From Catajapyx aquilonaris (Eukaryota), in NCBI GenBank assembly GCA_000934665.2, contig JYFJ02001620.1, positions 54,267-74,266 on the forward strand: a stretch of 20,000 nt of DNA, in the 5' to 3' direction. The position numbers and the translations under genes were made by a program. Positions 1-10,695 of this stretch are shown here, piece by piece. Each line of letters begins with the position of its first letter. Position 1 is the first letter of the stretch. A model generated the notes under the pieces. It was not told the DNA's origin, did no database searches, and saw only the letters and a list, made by a program, of their open reading frames with translations.

Positions 1-2279
1 ACAGTCAAGCTCACCACAGGTATGAAGTCCTCATCAGAATAGACTTCCTTAGAGTATCGCACCATAATGTCAGCTTCACCTCTGTTGATCATTGCAGCAC
101 ACTGGTCACGACTTTCAGCCTTGACACATGCAATGCCAGGCCTAATCCTTCTTGAGTGAGCTGCGGTTGCAAATTCCAAGCATTTTGCTTCCTGCAACAT
201 GGTGTGTGTTGGCAACGTTAGTGAACAGTTCTTGCTCCGGACACATTTGTAAAGGATTGGTAATAATTTTCATGTAAGGTTTGCTGCACTATATTGAAAC
301 AGAGCATTCCTTATATTATGGAAAATTAATTAAAATGGCTACTGGTACTCATTAATTATTATTAAAACACCAACAAGTCACAGAAATGCTTAATGGAAAG
401 ACTGGCAATAAAGTTTCAGCGAAGAAGGAATGAAAGAGGTACCTCTCCATCATTAATATTTTATGCTGATAGATAGTTTCTCACCTGCTCATTTCCAACC
501 ACACACCACCTAATGAGCTTGTCTTGGCTGCAACTTGGGCGATCAATTGTTACATTGTAGTTGGAATGATCAATGTATGAAGACACAGACACAGGGAAGG
601 GCATGTTGTACTGGAAGTCACGCTTTCCCATTCCCAGCACTTTGGAAAGCCAATCGTTGTTGAGAGAAAGGTACTTGAGCTGCCTGAGTTGCCGTTTGAT
701 TTCAATGCCATGAATGGGATCTGCCTCGTTTCTCATGACAAATGCACTCCAAGGTCGCCCTGCCCAGGTGCAAGGTTCATTTGAAGTTACTGGCATCAGT
801 TGACCATTGGGGCAGAGAAGACTGAAGTCTTGCGCATTCTCATACTTCAGCACACTCTGAAGATTAATGGGCACAAATTAGTGATAGGAACATAAATAAT
901 ATACATCAGAGATCCTAAATCAGTGCAGTTCAAACTAGATCACTGTCCTTCAGGCCACTTTTATTATCAAATAGTGTATATGACAAAATAAACTACTACA
1001 TGCCATGTACTGTATCACAACACAAGCCTACGTCAGATAGATTCAAGTTTTGTGTGGATTGCAGAATATTTATTGAGGTAGAACAAGCTCACCTGAACAG
1101 CACTCATCTTTGTCCAAGCAACATCTCCATCACCTTGAGTCAAGCACCGGATTGTCCCCTCGTACCCAGCGTATACGTCATCACCATCACAAGTCTCAGG
1201 ATGTGAGCACAGATCACACAATGAATGGTATTCCCTCTCTAAGAAGAAGAAATAATCAGTGAAGATCATACAAAAATTAATGGTGTTGTCCATATTTTTA
1301 AAACTTACTGAGTTTCTTGCTGACATCCTCATCATTTCCCCATATGAAGGGAACGCAGGATGGCCCAAAGAATTGAGCCACAGAAGAAATTTCATTCTCC
1401 AGTGTAGACTTGCTTGCATCACAGTTTAATGGAATGATTCCATCATGCATCAGCTGTAGAAAAAAATATTATAAGAGTATTTCCTGATTTTCCAACAAGT
1501 AAGAGTAAAAAATTCCATACCTGTGAAATAGGAACTCTCCAACCAGCCGTTCGGTCATATCCCGTATGGCATGACTTCTTGCCTCGAAGATCATTCAAAT
1601 TATGGACCTCACCACTATTTTTAATCAATGCAACAGCACCGTACCGATAATCATCTGGATAATTTAAATACAATTACTTAATAAGCCAGGAGATCCTGCA
1701 GTTTTATAAACTTACCATTTGCTCCAGCCATACTTCTGATCTGCTGAATGACAACCAAATCTTCTCCATATAATTTGCCAGCTACATAAATATCTTCAGG
1801 GTCAAGTAGAGCAAAGTCTGCCTTTTCCTTCGCAATTTTGTGAATGCAGTCAAGTCTGAAATTGTTGAACGTATAGGCACCAAAATACTCTCACACATGT
1901 TGCTATGCTGATGGTTACATGCTGCGACTCTAGCGAGCCTTATGCCATACGTGTAAGAAACTCACTTGTCTCGGCCTGATACGCAGTTGAGGTTCACCTT
2001 TCCAAGACCATTGACGGCCTCAAGCATTTCCAGACAGGAACTCATTACATTCTCCGGAACACAAATCCTCAGTCTTGTAAAGAGCATGTTCTCAGTTTGT
2101 TCTTGCTCCTGCTGCTGTTCTTGACCTCCTTTATATTGCCCTAAAAAATGAAACACATTAGGATTAATCACACCGGTATAAGATTATAACACTGATTAAG
2201 CAGTAGAATATTACAAACCATGGCCTAAGTGAACAACTGCGCAACAGGCAGCCGCAAAAATGATAGTCTTAAGCCCCAT
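1..2279 (-). CDS. Transferrin (insect Tsf1-like), paralog A; 3' part lies beyond the window edge
   Basis: Exons joined by GT-AG with consistent phases: 2279-2219 (signal peptide MGLKTIIFAAACCAVVHLGH), 2140-1966, 1855-1716 (ADFALLDPEDIY), 1654-1521 (YRYGAVA...KKSCHTGYDRTAGW), 1453-1309, 1238-1093 (YAGYEGTIRCLTQGDGDVAWTK), 856-485 (LLCPNG...CTWAGRPW...IRWCV), then 191 to either ~15 or the window edge (EAKC...RRIRPGIACV...GEADIM). These are hallmark transferrin lobe motifs. Confidence 0.95.
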
Positions 2280-2331
2280 GTTCCTAATGTGAATGGCAGG
2301 ACCTCAGTGCAGGCTGGTATAATTTATGCGC

Positions 2332-2339
2332 TTTATATA
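2332..2339 (-). promoter_or_regulatory. TATA box of transferrin A
   Basis: TATATAAA on the minus strand about 55 nt upstream of the ATG at 2279; the same arrangement is seen in paralog B. Confidence 0.7.
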
Positions 2340-2378
2340 CCCGCATCGTGATGAATGTCATATCTGACGTATGTCACT

Positions 2379-2388
2379 GGGAAATTCC
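2379..2388. promoter_or_regulatory. NF-kappaB (Rel/Dorsal/Relish) consensus site; second near-consensus site TGGAAATTCC at 2488-2497
   Basis: GGGAAATTCC is an exact match to GGGRNWYYCC and lies about 40 nt upstream of the TATA box. Confidence 0.6.
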
Positions 2389-3030
2389 ACGCAAAAAAAC
2401 ATCCAATGGCTAGCTGCCAATCAGTGATTGATGGATTCTCAGAAGAGGTCAATAGCAAGGGCCAAAGAGGGCATCAATATTATGAACTGGAAATTCCAGA
2501 ACCATAAAAACTTCGGCAAGTACCATGCTACCACATTCTCATCAAACATACCGACACTGTCATTTCACCTTGTTCAGGGAAAATGATAAGTTGATACAAC
2601 TTTTGGTAACATGCTTTTCCTGCCTCCAGAAGGGCTTTGGTGTAAGAAGATTAAAAGATTTTCTGAGCTTAGATAGTATTATGAACACTTGGGGTCATCA
2701 ATTAGGTCACTGATATCAAAATGCCTCTGACATTTCATTATAAATTCTTAGAATCAAGTTGCAGTGGAATCCAATTCCTTGCATAACGAGGTCATATTAA
2801 TGGAGATTAAATACAGAAAAATGTACATTCTATGAAGCTGAAAAAAATGCTGAATTTCCACATTGTCAAAGATGCATGTACGAGAATAGAAATTTGTATA
2901 GAAATTATTCAATTTTTCAACTGACCAAACTATTAGAGATGTCTCAAACGCCTATTACCAAATGACCCACCTACATCAAGTTAGTGATCCACTGGAGATC
3001 ACAGCCCTAAAAGTTTGTTGGTATATTTCT

Positions 3031-3043
3031 GAAACACCCTGTA
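3031..3043. mobile_element. Possible isolated Tc1/mariner-type MITE terminus
   Basis: Reverse complement reads TA-CAGGGTGTTTC, resembling common Tc1/mariner MITE TIR starts with a TA target site. I found no partner TIR. Confidence 0.3.
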
Positions 3044-3189
3044 CCAGAGAACGTTCTGTATAGGACAGTAAAACAAATATTGTTATTGGTACAGCACAAT
3101 CAGGTGATACTTTAATTCCTACATCATATTCAAGTACAAAATGATATTGGCATGTTTCACCAACTTATCCACAGCAGGTCGTTGCTGCA

Positions 3190-6100
3190 TCACTGCTTGG
3201 TGCACTGCGCCACCTTCTCCACTAAGTCCCTGTAATCAGGCTGGTCTGGACTCAGGTGGGTGACACCAACCTAAAAAAAAAGAAGTCTTGTTAGAACTTC
3301 CTGCACATGCCAAAACGACAAAAAAACAAAACAAAAACGCACCGAAAATATCCCTCCTTTTTCTCCCATCTTGAAACTGTTGGTGTAGTAGTTGGCAAAG
3401 AATGACATATCCAACACAGCAGACTGGATGGACTCTTTTTCTCCCTTGATCTTCTTCCCACTGGTTACCACCTTATTCTCCAGCATCACTCCAAAATTGC
3501 AGGCCCTGTAGTCAGTCAGCTGCATATGTCCTCCTTCTGGGCAAACCAGCTTAAACTCCTCAGCTGCTTCTGCAAATGCAAGTAAAGTATCGCAATGAAT
3601 AATTTTTCTCTGGTACATTTTTTAAGAGTTCATGATCACTTTTGCAAATACTCACCAGGATGGGCCAGGATGTAGGAGTGCTTCACAAAAGCTATGTCAC
3701 CCTTCCCATCTGCCAAGCACTGGACTGCACCCTCATCATTGTAATACCTCTCAAAATAATTGGGCTTGCAGACATTGTCGCCGGACTCACTTCCAACACA
3801 AAGTGAGCACAGCTTGCTGTTCTTGGCTCCTGGAATGCAACTGGCTGCAAAGAACTCTGCCACTTGGTCCTCCAGATCACAGACCTCATTCTTGATTAGT
3901 CCATCACTAATCAGTTCATAAACAGGTGCAAACCAACCTAAAAATAACGCAGCAAATCAATCTCAGTCCCTCATTTAGGCCATTATATGCACTCTCTTTA
4001 CACAGAAACTTCTGATTATATACAATAAATATCTCCACTTATTTGTAGATTTTATTCTTAATATGCCATTTGCACAACAGGCATTATGGCATCAATAAAT
4101 TTGCCTACATGAATACCACCATTACTCATTCGACAATTGTGCTCTCAACAAAATCAGATATCCACAATAACAGATTGTCCTTTCATAATAAAACAGGTAG
4201 GAGAGGTATTTAATAAATGTAACTTTTCATGAAGAACTCAGGTCAACTTACCAGCGTAAGTGTCAATAGAACTGTGGCACGATTTCTTTCCTTTCATGCT
4301 TATGACATCAACAATATCTGATTCGCTTGCCTTTACCATTGCAACTGCAAATATGTGCTTTCCCATTCCATACTCCTCAGATGCAACAGGCACAATGTTC
4401 ATTTTCCTACCAATAAGAAAAGAAATTACGAATGTTTCCAATACCGAGATGAGTCAATCCCTTACTTTCCATGGGAATGAATTAATGCTGAATCAACCAC
4501 GGTGGCATCAGCTTCATTCTTGTTCATCTTCTCCATGCAATCCAGCTTTGAATCAGACTTCACACATGAGATCTGTGGCACTATTCTGTTGCTAGTGGCT
4601 GCCATTTTCATGCGATCACATTTCTCTGCCTCGATATCATCAGTGACACACCACCTGAGGTTCTTCTCAGGATTACTTTTGCAGTAAGGTCGGTCCATCA
4701 CTTGAGTAAAATTGCCTGTAATAATGAGAAATTAGAACTGGCAAAATAGCATAAATCACAATGCCTTATTGCTATGAGCAAATGATCCATCATTACTATG
4801 TTATGAACGATTATGAAATTAAGTATTCATAAGGCACATTAGAGCATAAGAAACTTTACATTTGTCATTGTAGTCATTAACTGGCACTGGGTTGGCCAAG
4901 TGGTGCAAGTAATCGCCATCATCTCCATGAAGAACAGTCTTGTACCAACGGTAAGTCTCCTCATCTGAATTTCCCTTTGTGTGCAGTTTTTCAAGTTCAG
5001 CCTTGATCTTCTCCACCTTATCTCTAAAACATACAGCATATTGAAATACATCCTTAAATGCAGAACTATGGAAGTACAGGCAGAAAAGGCCAAGGGATAC
5101 ACTTCATTGGAGGGAAAGCAATACTGCAATAAAACTTTATAACAAATTTACCAATGAGGATCTCTTTAAAAGTAAGTGCCCCTTGCCCATGCACTTACTT
5201 TTGCATTGTGCTGCTAACAACAAAAGCTTTGTGTGGACGGCAGGCCCATGGACAAATGTCAGCATCCTTCAGATCTTGCTTACTTCCATCCGGGCACAAA
5301 AATTCATACTTGTCATGTTCAGGCTTGGGGTTGGGCTTGTCCAGCTGCAATATATCATGTCACATGACAGATCGGCATACATATTTAAAAATTACCCTTC
5401 ACACATACCTCGAAGTACTCAATGACAGTCTTATCCTTGGTGAAAGTAACATCACCATTTCCTTCAGTAAGACACTTGAGTGAGCCTTCATACCCAGCAT
5501 ACTCGTCTTTCCTGCTGCATGCCTTAGGGTCATGACATAGTGAACACAAGTTATTGTACTTGTTCTCTGTAATGAGAAATAGGAAACTGATAATATGATA
5601 AATGATGTCTGAATTATTATACATGTGCTTCCACGAATTGATATAAAATCAGAGTGAAACAAAGTCAAGAAGATGTTGCCATTGAGTCTCAAAATTGGGA
5701 TTCTGGAGAAAACTACACATTGACTTACTCAGCCTAGCATCAACTTGAGGATTTTCATTCCACATGCCAGGAACACAGGACGATTGGAAGAAATTAGAAA
5801 CACTTGAAATTTCTTGTTCAGGGTATGACATTTTATCGTTGCAGTTCTGAGGCATTATATCATCATGCATAAGCTGAAATAAATTTATCACGTGCTTATT
5901 AACCCAGTTAGCAGAACCTGAGCAAAGGCTGCGGAAAAAACCTTACCTTTGAGATAGGAATACGCCAACCAGCGGTTCTGTCGTAGCCAGTGTGGCAAGT
6001 CTTTTTGCTCTTGAGATCATTTAGGCTGCCTATTTGTGCTTCCTTCCTCACAACAACCACTGCCTTGTAGCGAGCTGCATCTGAAAAAATTAATCGGTGC

Positions 6101-6562
6101 ATAAGAAAATGCTTCCAGAATGGGTTTCTAGTAGTAAGAGAATTTATGTTACCATTCTCTCTGTGTCGCATTTCTGTCATTACATTGCATTTGTTTGGAT
6201 AGTAATGGTTCACGGCATACATCTGTGATGGTGTGAGCAAACCTACATCCATACTTCCTTCAGCCAGCTTCTTCATGCATTCCGTGCTGCAGATAATTGC
6301 AACAGTTAATTTTTTAAAAACATCTTCCAGTTAATCTTTTACTCACTCGTCTTTGACAACTTCACATTCAAATGATGTCTCCACATCTTTCTTCATCTGC
6401 AGGCAGTCTTCAATAAATGATTTGTCAACGCCATATCTGAATGTTTCTGTAACATAATAATTAGAATTAAACTCATGATTAAACCAAGAATGATATATAT
6501 ATCATACCTTGTTGGGCATGCGCTAGAAGTCCCAAGCAGACCACGATAACCAACCTCCACAT
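3190..6562 (-). CDS. Transferrin (insect Tsf1-like), paralog B; complete, bilobal, ~676 aa
   Basis: 13 exons, all GT-AG with consistent phases, totalling 2031 nt: 6562-6508 (signal peptide MWRLVIVVCLGLLAHAQQ), 6446-6347, 6286-6153, 6080-5947 (RYKAVVVV...TCHTGYDRTAGW), 5873-5729, 5566-5409 (YAGYEGSLKCL), 5344-5199, 5023-4860, 4715-4466 (LRWCV...EADATVVD), 4406-4252, 3937-3656 (GAVQCLADGKGDIAFVKH), 3569-3343, 3270-3190 (..AQCTKQ-stop). ATTAAA on the minus strand at 3116-3111. Confidence 0.95.
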
Positions 6563-6612
6563 CTTTGCCTGTCCTGTATCAGACTGCAGCATTTCCACCT
6601 CTCGATTTGGGG

Positions 6613-6620
6613 TTTATATA
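6613..6620 (-). promoter_or_regulatory. TATA box of transferrin B
   Basis: TATATAAA on the minus strand with an Inr-like GCAGTC about 30 nt downstream (~6586). This favours the ATG at 6562 over the in-frame ATG at 6592. Confidence 0.7.
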
Positions 6621-7967
6621 GGATTTGTCCCTGTGACCGGTTCCACCTTGCCACAGGGAAGTGGGGGAAAAAAATTCTTCCTCCTCCTCCCCTGCTGTAC
6701 CTTTCCTCCCAAACGTAAATCACTCACTATATTGCCTCCTCTGACTAGCAAGTAGCCTACATGATTATGCTCTCAAATGGTAGTGCTGTAACATGCTGAT
6801 TTATAATCATTCCACTTACATCATGATACCACATGTAGTATCTTCCGTCATTAAAAAGTGCAATGTGAAGTATGCATGGCTACAGATCTCAAACCACTCC
6901 AGTTATGAAGGTAATGATGTCCAATTATGATAACTAGGCCCTTTTAAGCAGCAAACTTGATCAAATGTGACAAGCCCTGTAACAAAACCTGCAGAAATCA
7001 GCATCATTAAATTGGAATATTTAGCTGCCAGCTTCAAAAACGTTCAATGACACATTTCCAAACTGCACTACGCAGTTAATGGCGTTATTTATAATAAGGA
7101 GACAAGCTATTGCTGAACTATAACCAAATGGCCTTGCAATAATCATGCACATTTTGGAAGGTATATTCATTCCTGATATTAACATAAGGTCAGCTTGAAA
7201 GTCATTTCCCCCACAGATCTTCTCCTACCAATGAGATGCTGCCTTCCCCGGTGGTACTCCTGCCCACCCCTCCAGCAGTAACCTTGGTCGTGATCTTCCT
7301 CAAGCCACACACACCTAACCTTGGTTGCACGACTTGATCATTAACCTGCCCATCTTCCAGATGCTGACAAAAATCTCCCCAACAGTAAAGCGAATAACTA
7401 GGCAGTATTTAAAAAAAAAAAATCAGGCCACCATAAGGAACATCTCAAAAAAGAATGAGAGAAATTTCCTGGTTGAATTTCTGGGAAGTCGACCCTCCTG
7501 TGAGTTCTGGATAAAGCAGGAAAAATATTGTAGCAATATATGCCTCGGGCTTGAGTGAAACAAGTTTTAGTGACGTCTGCCCATATGGGCCAAACAATGA
7601 AACAAGGACATATCCATATGCAAACTCTATTTAATATATTCTTCCACATATATCATCAATGCATCTGTACAAGTGCAATAAACCTTACCTTAACAACTGG
7701 CCTGGCAAGCACTTAGCAACAAAACCAATATTTAAATAAAGGGAGCCCCACCCTAAGTAAGGAAGGGTCACCTTTCCAGATTTACATAACCCTGCTCTTG
7801 AGTTATTAGCACAAGGAAGGGGGGACAAAAAGAAGTACTAGACATTGACCATGAAGGTTTAAACACCTTTTTATATATATAACAGTAGCCTCCAAGGTCA
7901 CTCAATTTTTGCTGCGAATGGATATTGCTATGACACCAGTTTCAATGACACTTCTCAAAATTAAGCT

Positions 7968-10695
7968 TCAAAGCTTAGGTGTAATATTCCTCATTTGTCT
8001 TACTGCAGCCACCAACCGTGGAGGGAATCCCCTGGTAGCAGTGCCATAGTCATCAGGAGGTATTTTCAGCAGACCATTTAAGTTCTGCAAGTTGTCACTC
8101 AAGGAAAATCCTAGGTCATCCAGGATGTTCCCCAGGTAGTCTGAAATGATCAAGTGCCTATTACGATCATGTCATTACATTCGAGCACTACGCTCTGCTC
8201 TCAATTCAACCCTGGGAGGTCTGCCAGTGCTCAAGGTAATTTCCCAGTTCATAAATGTCACCTCAATCATTACCAAGATATATGTGTAATGATTAAACCA
8301 GATTTATGTGTTGCAAAAGTACAAAATCAGTTTTTACTATTGGATTGCACGAGACAGTTAAAATATAATGATAACAATTCCCAAAAACAAGCTGACGTAA
8401 AAAAATCCTCCTCATACCTATGTCTGTAGAAAACTGTTTTGCATCCCCTGCATTCAGCTCTCGTATCCTCATCAGCTGCTCAGCATATGCTTGACACGTT
8501 GCTTTGGCTATGCCTCCAAGGAGCACCTCCCCTGGGCTGACACCACTTCCTACTCCAGCACCAAACTCGACGCCCAACACCTGCCCTGATCTGCAGGCCT
8601 CCTCGAAGGATCTGCTGAGTCCAGGATTGTCTGAAAGCACAAAGGGCTCCAGATGCTGTGGTAGCATCATAAGATACTGCCCCACTTGGGTGATGTACTC
8701 TTGTGGTGAGAAACTAAATGATGGAAGGTCCGCCAACACTCGGGAAGTGTCACCAACACGTGCTGCGAGTAAATCTAGCTGTGTCGATACTGGTGCAAAT
8801 ACAACTTCAATTGATGTACGAGTGATATCACCACAAGTTTTGGACGCCCACTCAGAAACTTCGCCCAAAAATGACTCCTCGTTTCGTACTCTGGCTATGA
8901 ATTTTTGTAAACTGGTCACTTTTTCTGGCCTTAGCAAGACCTCTGTCATATCAATTGAATCCAACTTGGCAACAATGATGCGGTCCACTGCTTCAATCTG
9001 GGCAGCCATTTCTCCAGAACATTGCATAAAGCTCAGGCACTGTTGGAACAGCACCCAGTCCTCTTCACGCCGTTGTCTCTCCAGCTGCCTCAAAACAATC
9101 TTGTACTTGTCAATGTAAGATCCGAGGTATGATTTCAGAGCATGATGCAGTCCCTCAGCACCAGATCCATCAGTGAAGCGCCAGCATCTAGCCACACTGT
9201 CTGCTATCACACCTGGCAACCGAGTCACTGAACGAGCCAACTCACGAATGGATTCACCTAGGTCTGACTTCACCAGCTTAGCTGCATTGCTCAAAAGGCA
9301 CGCCTCTTCAATTGTGCCATACCGGCATACATACAATACATATGGAGAGTACGTTGCTTTTGTAAACTCCATTTTTTCTGGGGTGCCTTCTTCCAAAAAT
9401 GAGGACTCTGCTGCCTTATAGAAACGAGCTGAGTTGTCCTTGAGGTCACACAGGAATTGCAAGTGATCCTCTTGAGCCTGCTGCTTTAAGCCAGCTTCAA
9501 TACAAAACTCCATTGTTGGGTCCAGGCTTGATAATACATCTGTGTGTAACGCCACTAGCAGTGAAGCAGTTGCTGCGGAACCAAACACAGCCCCACACCA
9601 TCTGGCCTGATCATGCCAGTTTGATAAGACATGATCGTAAAACCGCGCAGACCAATCAAGAACACCAGCCTTCGCATCATCCTCTGACTCAACCAATTGT
9701 CGCCACCTATTCACCAGGGATGTTCGTTCGCATTTGTGGTAATATTTGAGCAACTCTGGCAGCCTGTCCATGTCAAGAAAGATCTTGCAGTATGTCCTAG
9801 ATTTCTCTGCATCTTTGGATGTGAAGGCGACCACAATTTGCGGGCTTGCAAGTGCCTCAAGCCGATTCTTGTGGCCCTCCAGCTGCAATCGCCTTTCTTC
9901 AAAATCAGGCACATGTGCTAAAATTTGCAAACTATGCTGCATAGATACAAGTCTGGCCGAAATAGCCTCCAAATCCCCAGACTCAAACACCTCTTCCACA
10001 TCAGCCGCCAGTGTTGTCCAGTTGTCAGCCTCACGAAGGGCTTGACTGGTAGCCTGTATGCGACCTTTGACCGTATCCATCTTCACCAGAGTTTCCATCG
10101 ACTGCGCAGTATCACGTTCGACTTTGCCAATTTCATCTCGCACTGATCCCATCCTTTCTTGTAATAAAGACGCCTCCTGTTGCAGCGACTCTACTTCTCG
10201 CACCACTCTTGGTAGACTCTGCAGTACTTGCTGGCTACTTTCTTCCAATGACGAGTGGACTTTTTGGATAAACAGCTGCAGCTTCATTACAAGAGACGAT
10301 GTGAATGTCTGTAACACAGAAATGATATTATTAGATCGGGCCACTGTAACAACCTGTGTTTATAAGTAACTTACATCACGGTTCTCTTGCGCTTCAGGCA
10401 ATTGGAATGTTTTGTTAATCCATTCCTTCACCTCAAAATTTTCATCGGAAAATGCGGACACATCCTGCAACAAAATCTTTTTAATTAGCTAACATATTTT
10501 AAACCCTGGATTTCTACAGTCAGTACATTAATTGACGGTATTTTTGCATGTAATTTATTCGAACCTGCATTGAAAGCACAAATAATGACAGTTTATGGAA
10601 TCATGTAGTGCCAAGTAGTCTGCACATCAGGAAGCTCAAAGAGCCTAATTATTTCATTAAAAAAAACATGCCATACTTTCTCTCCAACTCACCAT
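7968..10695 (-). CDS. COG7: Conserved oligomeric Golgi complex subunit 7, ~718 aa
   Basis: Exons: 10695-10693 (ATG|GTGAGT), 10464-10375 (DVSAFSDENFEVKEWINKTF), 10308-8418 (SLVMKLQLF...LPRVVREVE...EADNWTTL...LEGHKNRLEALASP...FSFSPQEYITQVGQYLMMLPQHLEPF...QFSTDI), 8140-7968 (DYLGNILDDLG...RQMR); total 2157 nt. Motifs recognised as COG7. Confidence 0.93.

Noticed and set aside
6590..6592. In-frame upstream ATG for transferrin B
   Set aside because: It is only about 20 nt from the TATA box and probably upstream of the TSS; the ATG at 6562 gives a clean signal peptide.
7200..7650. Slightly GC-richer stretch with small ORFs and an AACCTTGGT duplicate between COG7 and transferrin B
   Set aside because: It has no recognisable protein motif or consistent exon chain.
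8504..10369. Several plus-strand ORFs (up to 204 aa) antisense to COG7
   Set aside because: These are shadow ORFs of a long coding exon: Ser/Thr-rich, with no recognisable domain or splice support.
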